The translations under genes were made by a program, and so were the position numbers. This document shows positions 63,860 to 64,000 of a DNA stretch of 64,000 bases, piece after piece. The DNA is from a virus. Lineage: Duplodnaviria; Caudoviricetes. Each line of letters opens with the position of its first letter. Within the stretch, counting starts at the first letter, position 1. The DNA is taken from positions 32,001 through 96,000 of the IMG/VR virus record IMGVR_UViG_3300021431_000079, one strand, 5' to 3'. Below the pieces are notes generated by a model. That model was not told the origin of the DNA, did not search any database, and worked only from the letters and a program-made list of their open reading frames with translations.

Positions 63860-64000
63860 AAAGTGAGTAAAAATATAAATGACAAGATTTGATATTATAA
63901 AAAACAGTACAGTAGAACAGATTGCAAGACTATTATGTGATAATGTTATGTGGGGTATGCAAGCAAAAGATTCAGAAGAGTATGATAGGCTTTGTAAAAT

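Noticed and set aside
1-64000. Stop-codon reassignment
   Set aside because: Long genes translate intact in code 11, all three stop codons end genes, and no suppressor tRNA was found.

Overview
The window looks like one arm of a large, AT-rich temperate Firmicutes phage of the SPbeta-like type. Essentially all credible genes are on the + strand. In order: (1) a compositionally odd, possibly terminal region with a G-rich to C-rich skew flip and a roughly 750-nt GC-rich structured non-coding stretch; (2) about 20 kb of small early or accessory genes, including an M28-type peptidase, RadC/JAB, GP88-like, HicA, SprT, DUF932 and an XRE HTH, plus a type II hammerhead ribozyme; (3) a lysogeny-control-like block (DUF262, tyrosine recombinase, DGQHR/DndB-like, MrpR-like); (4) a replication operon (SSB-like, AAA ATPase, DnaB, primase, PD-(D/E)XK nuclease, DnaE, RecD2); (5) a 5 kb tRNA/ncRNA island; (6) DNA ligase, a vWA/PurA-like/NDT/nucleotidase cluster, an array of mosaic MDDLISRQ paralogues and a ThyX-like gene. 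The most striking observation is in the tRNA island. A DUF2828-type gene (helical region plus vWA, a Ro60/TROVE-like architecture) is surrounded by eight copies of a small RNA motif: a covarying 7-bp terminal stem, a conserved ACAGCAA just inside it, a variable interior and an invariant unpaired 3' G. One copy encloses a complete tRNA cloverleaf and others enclose anticodon-like loops. This suggests an unrecognised Ro/Y-RNA-like ribonucleoprotein system. All family assignments come from motif recognition by eye; no database searches were run.
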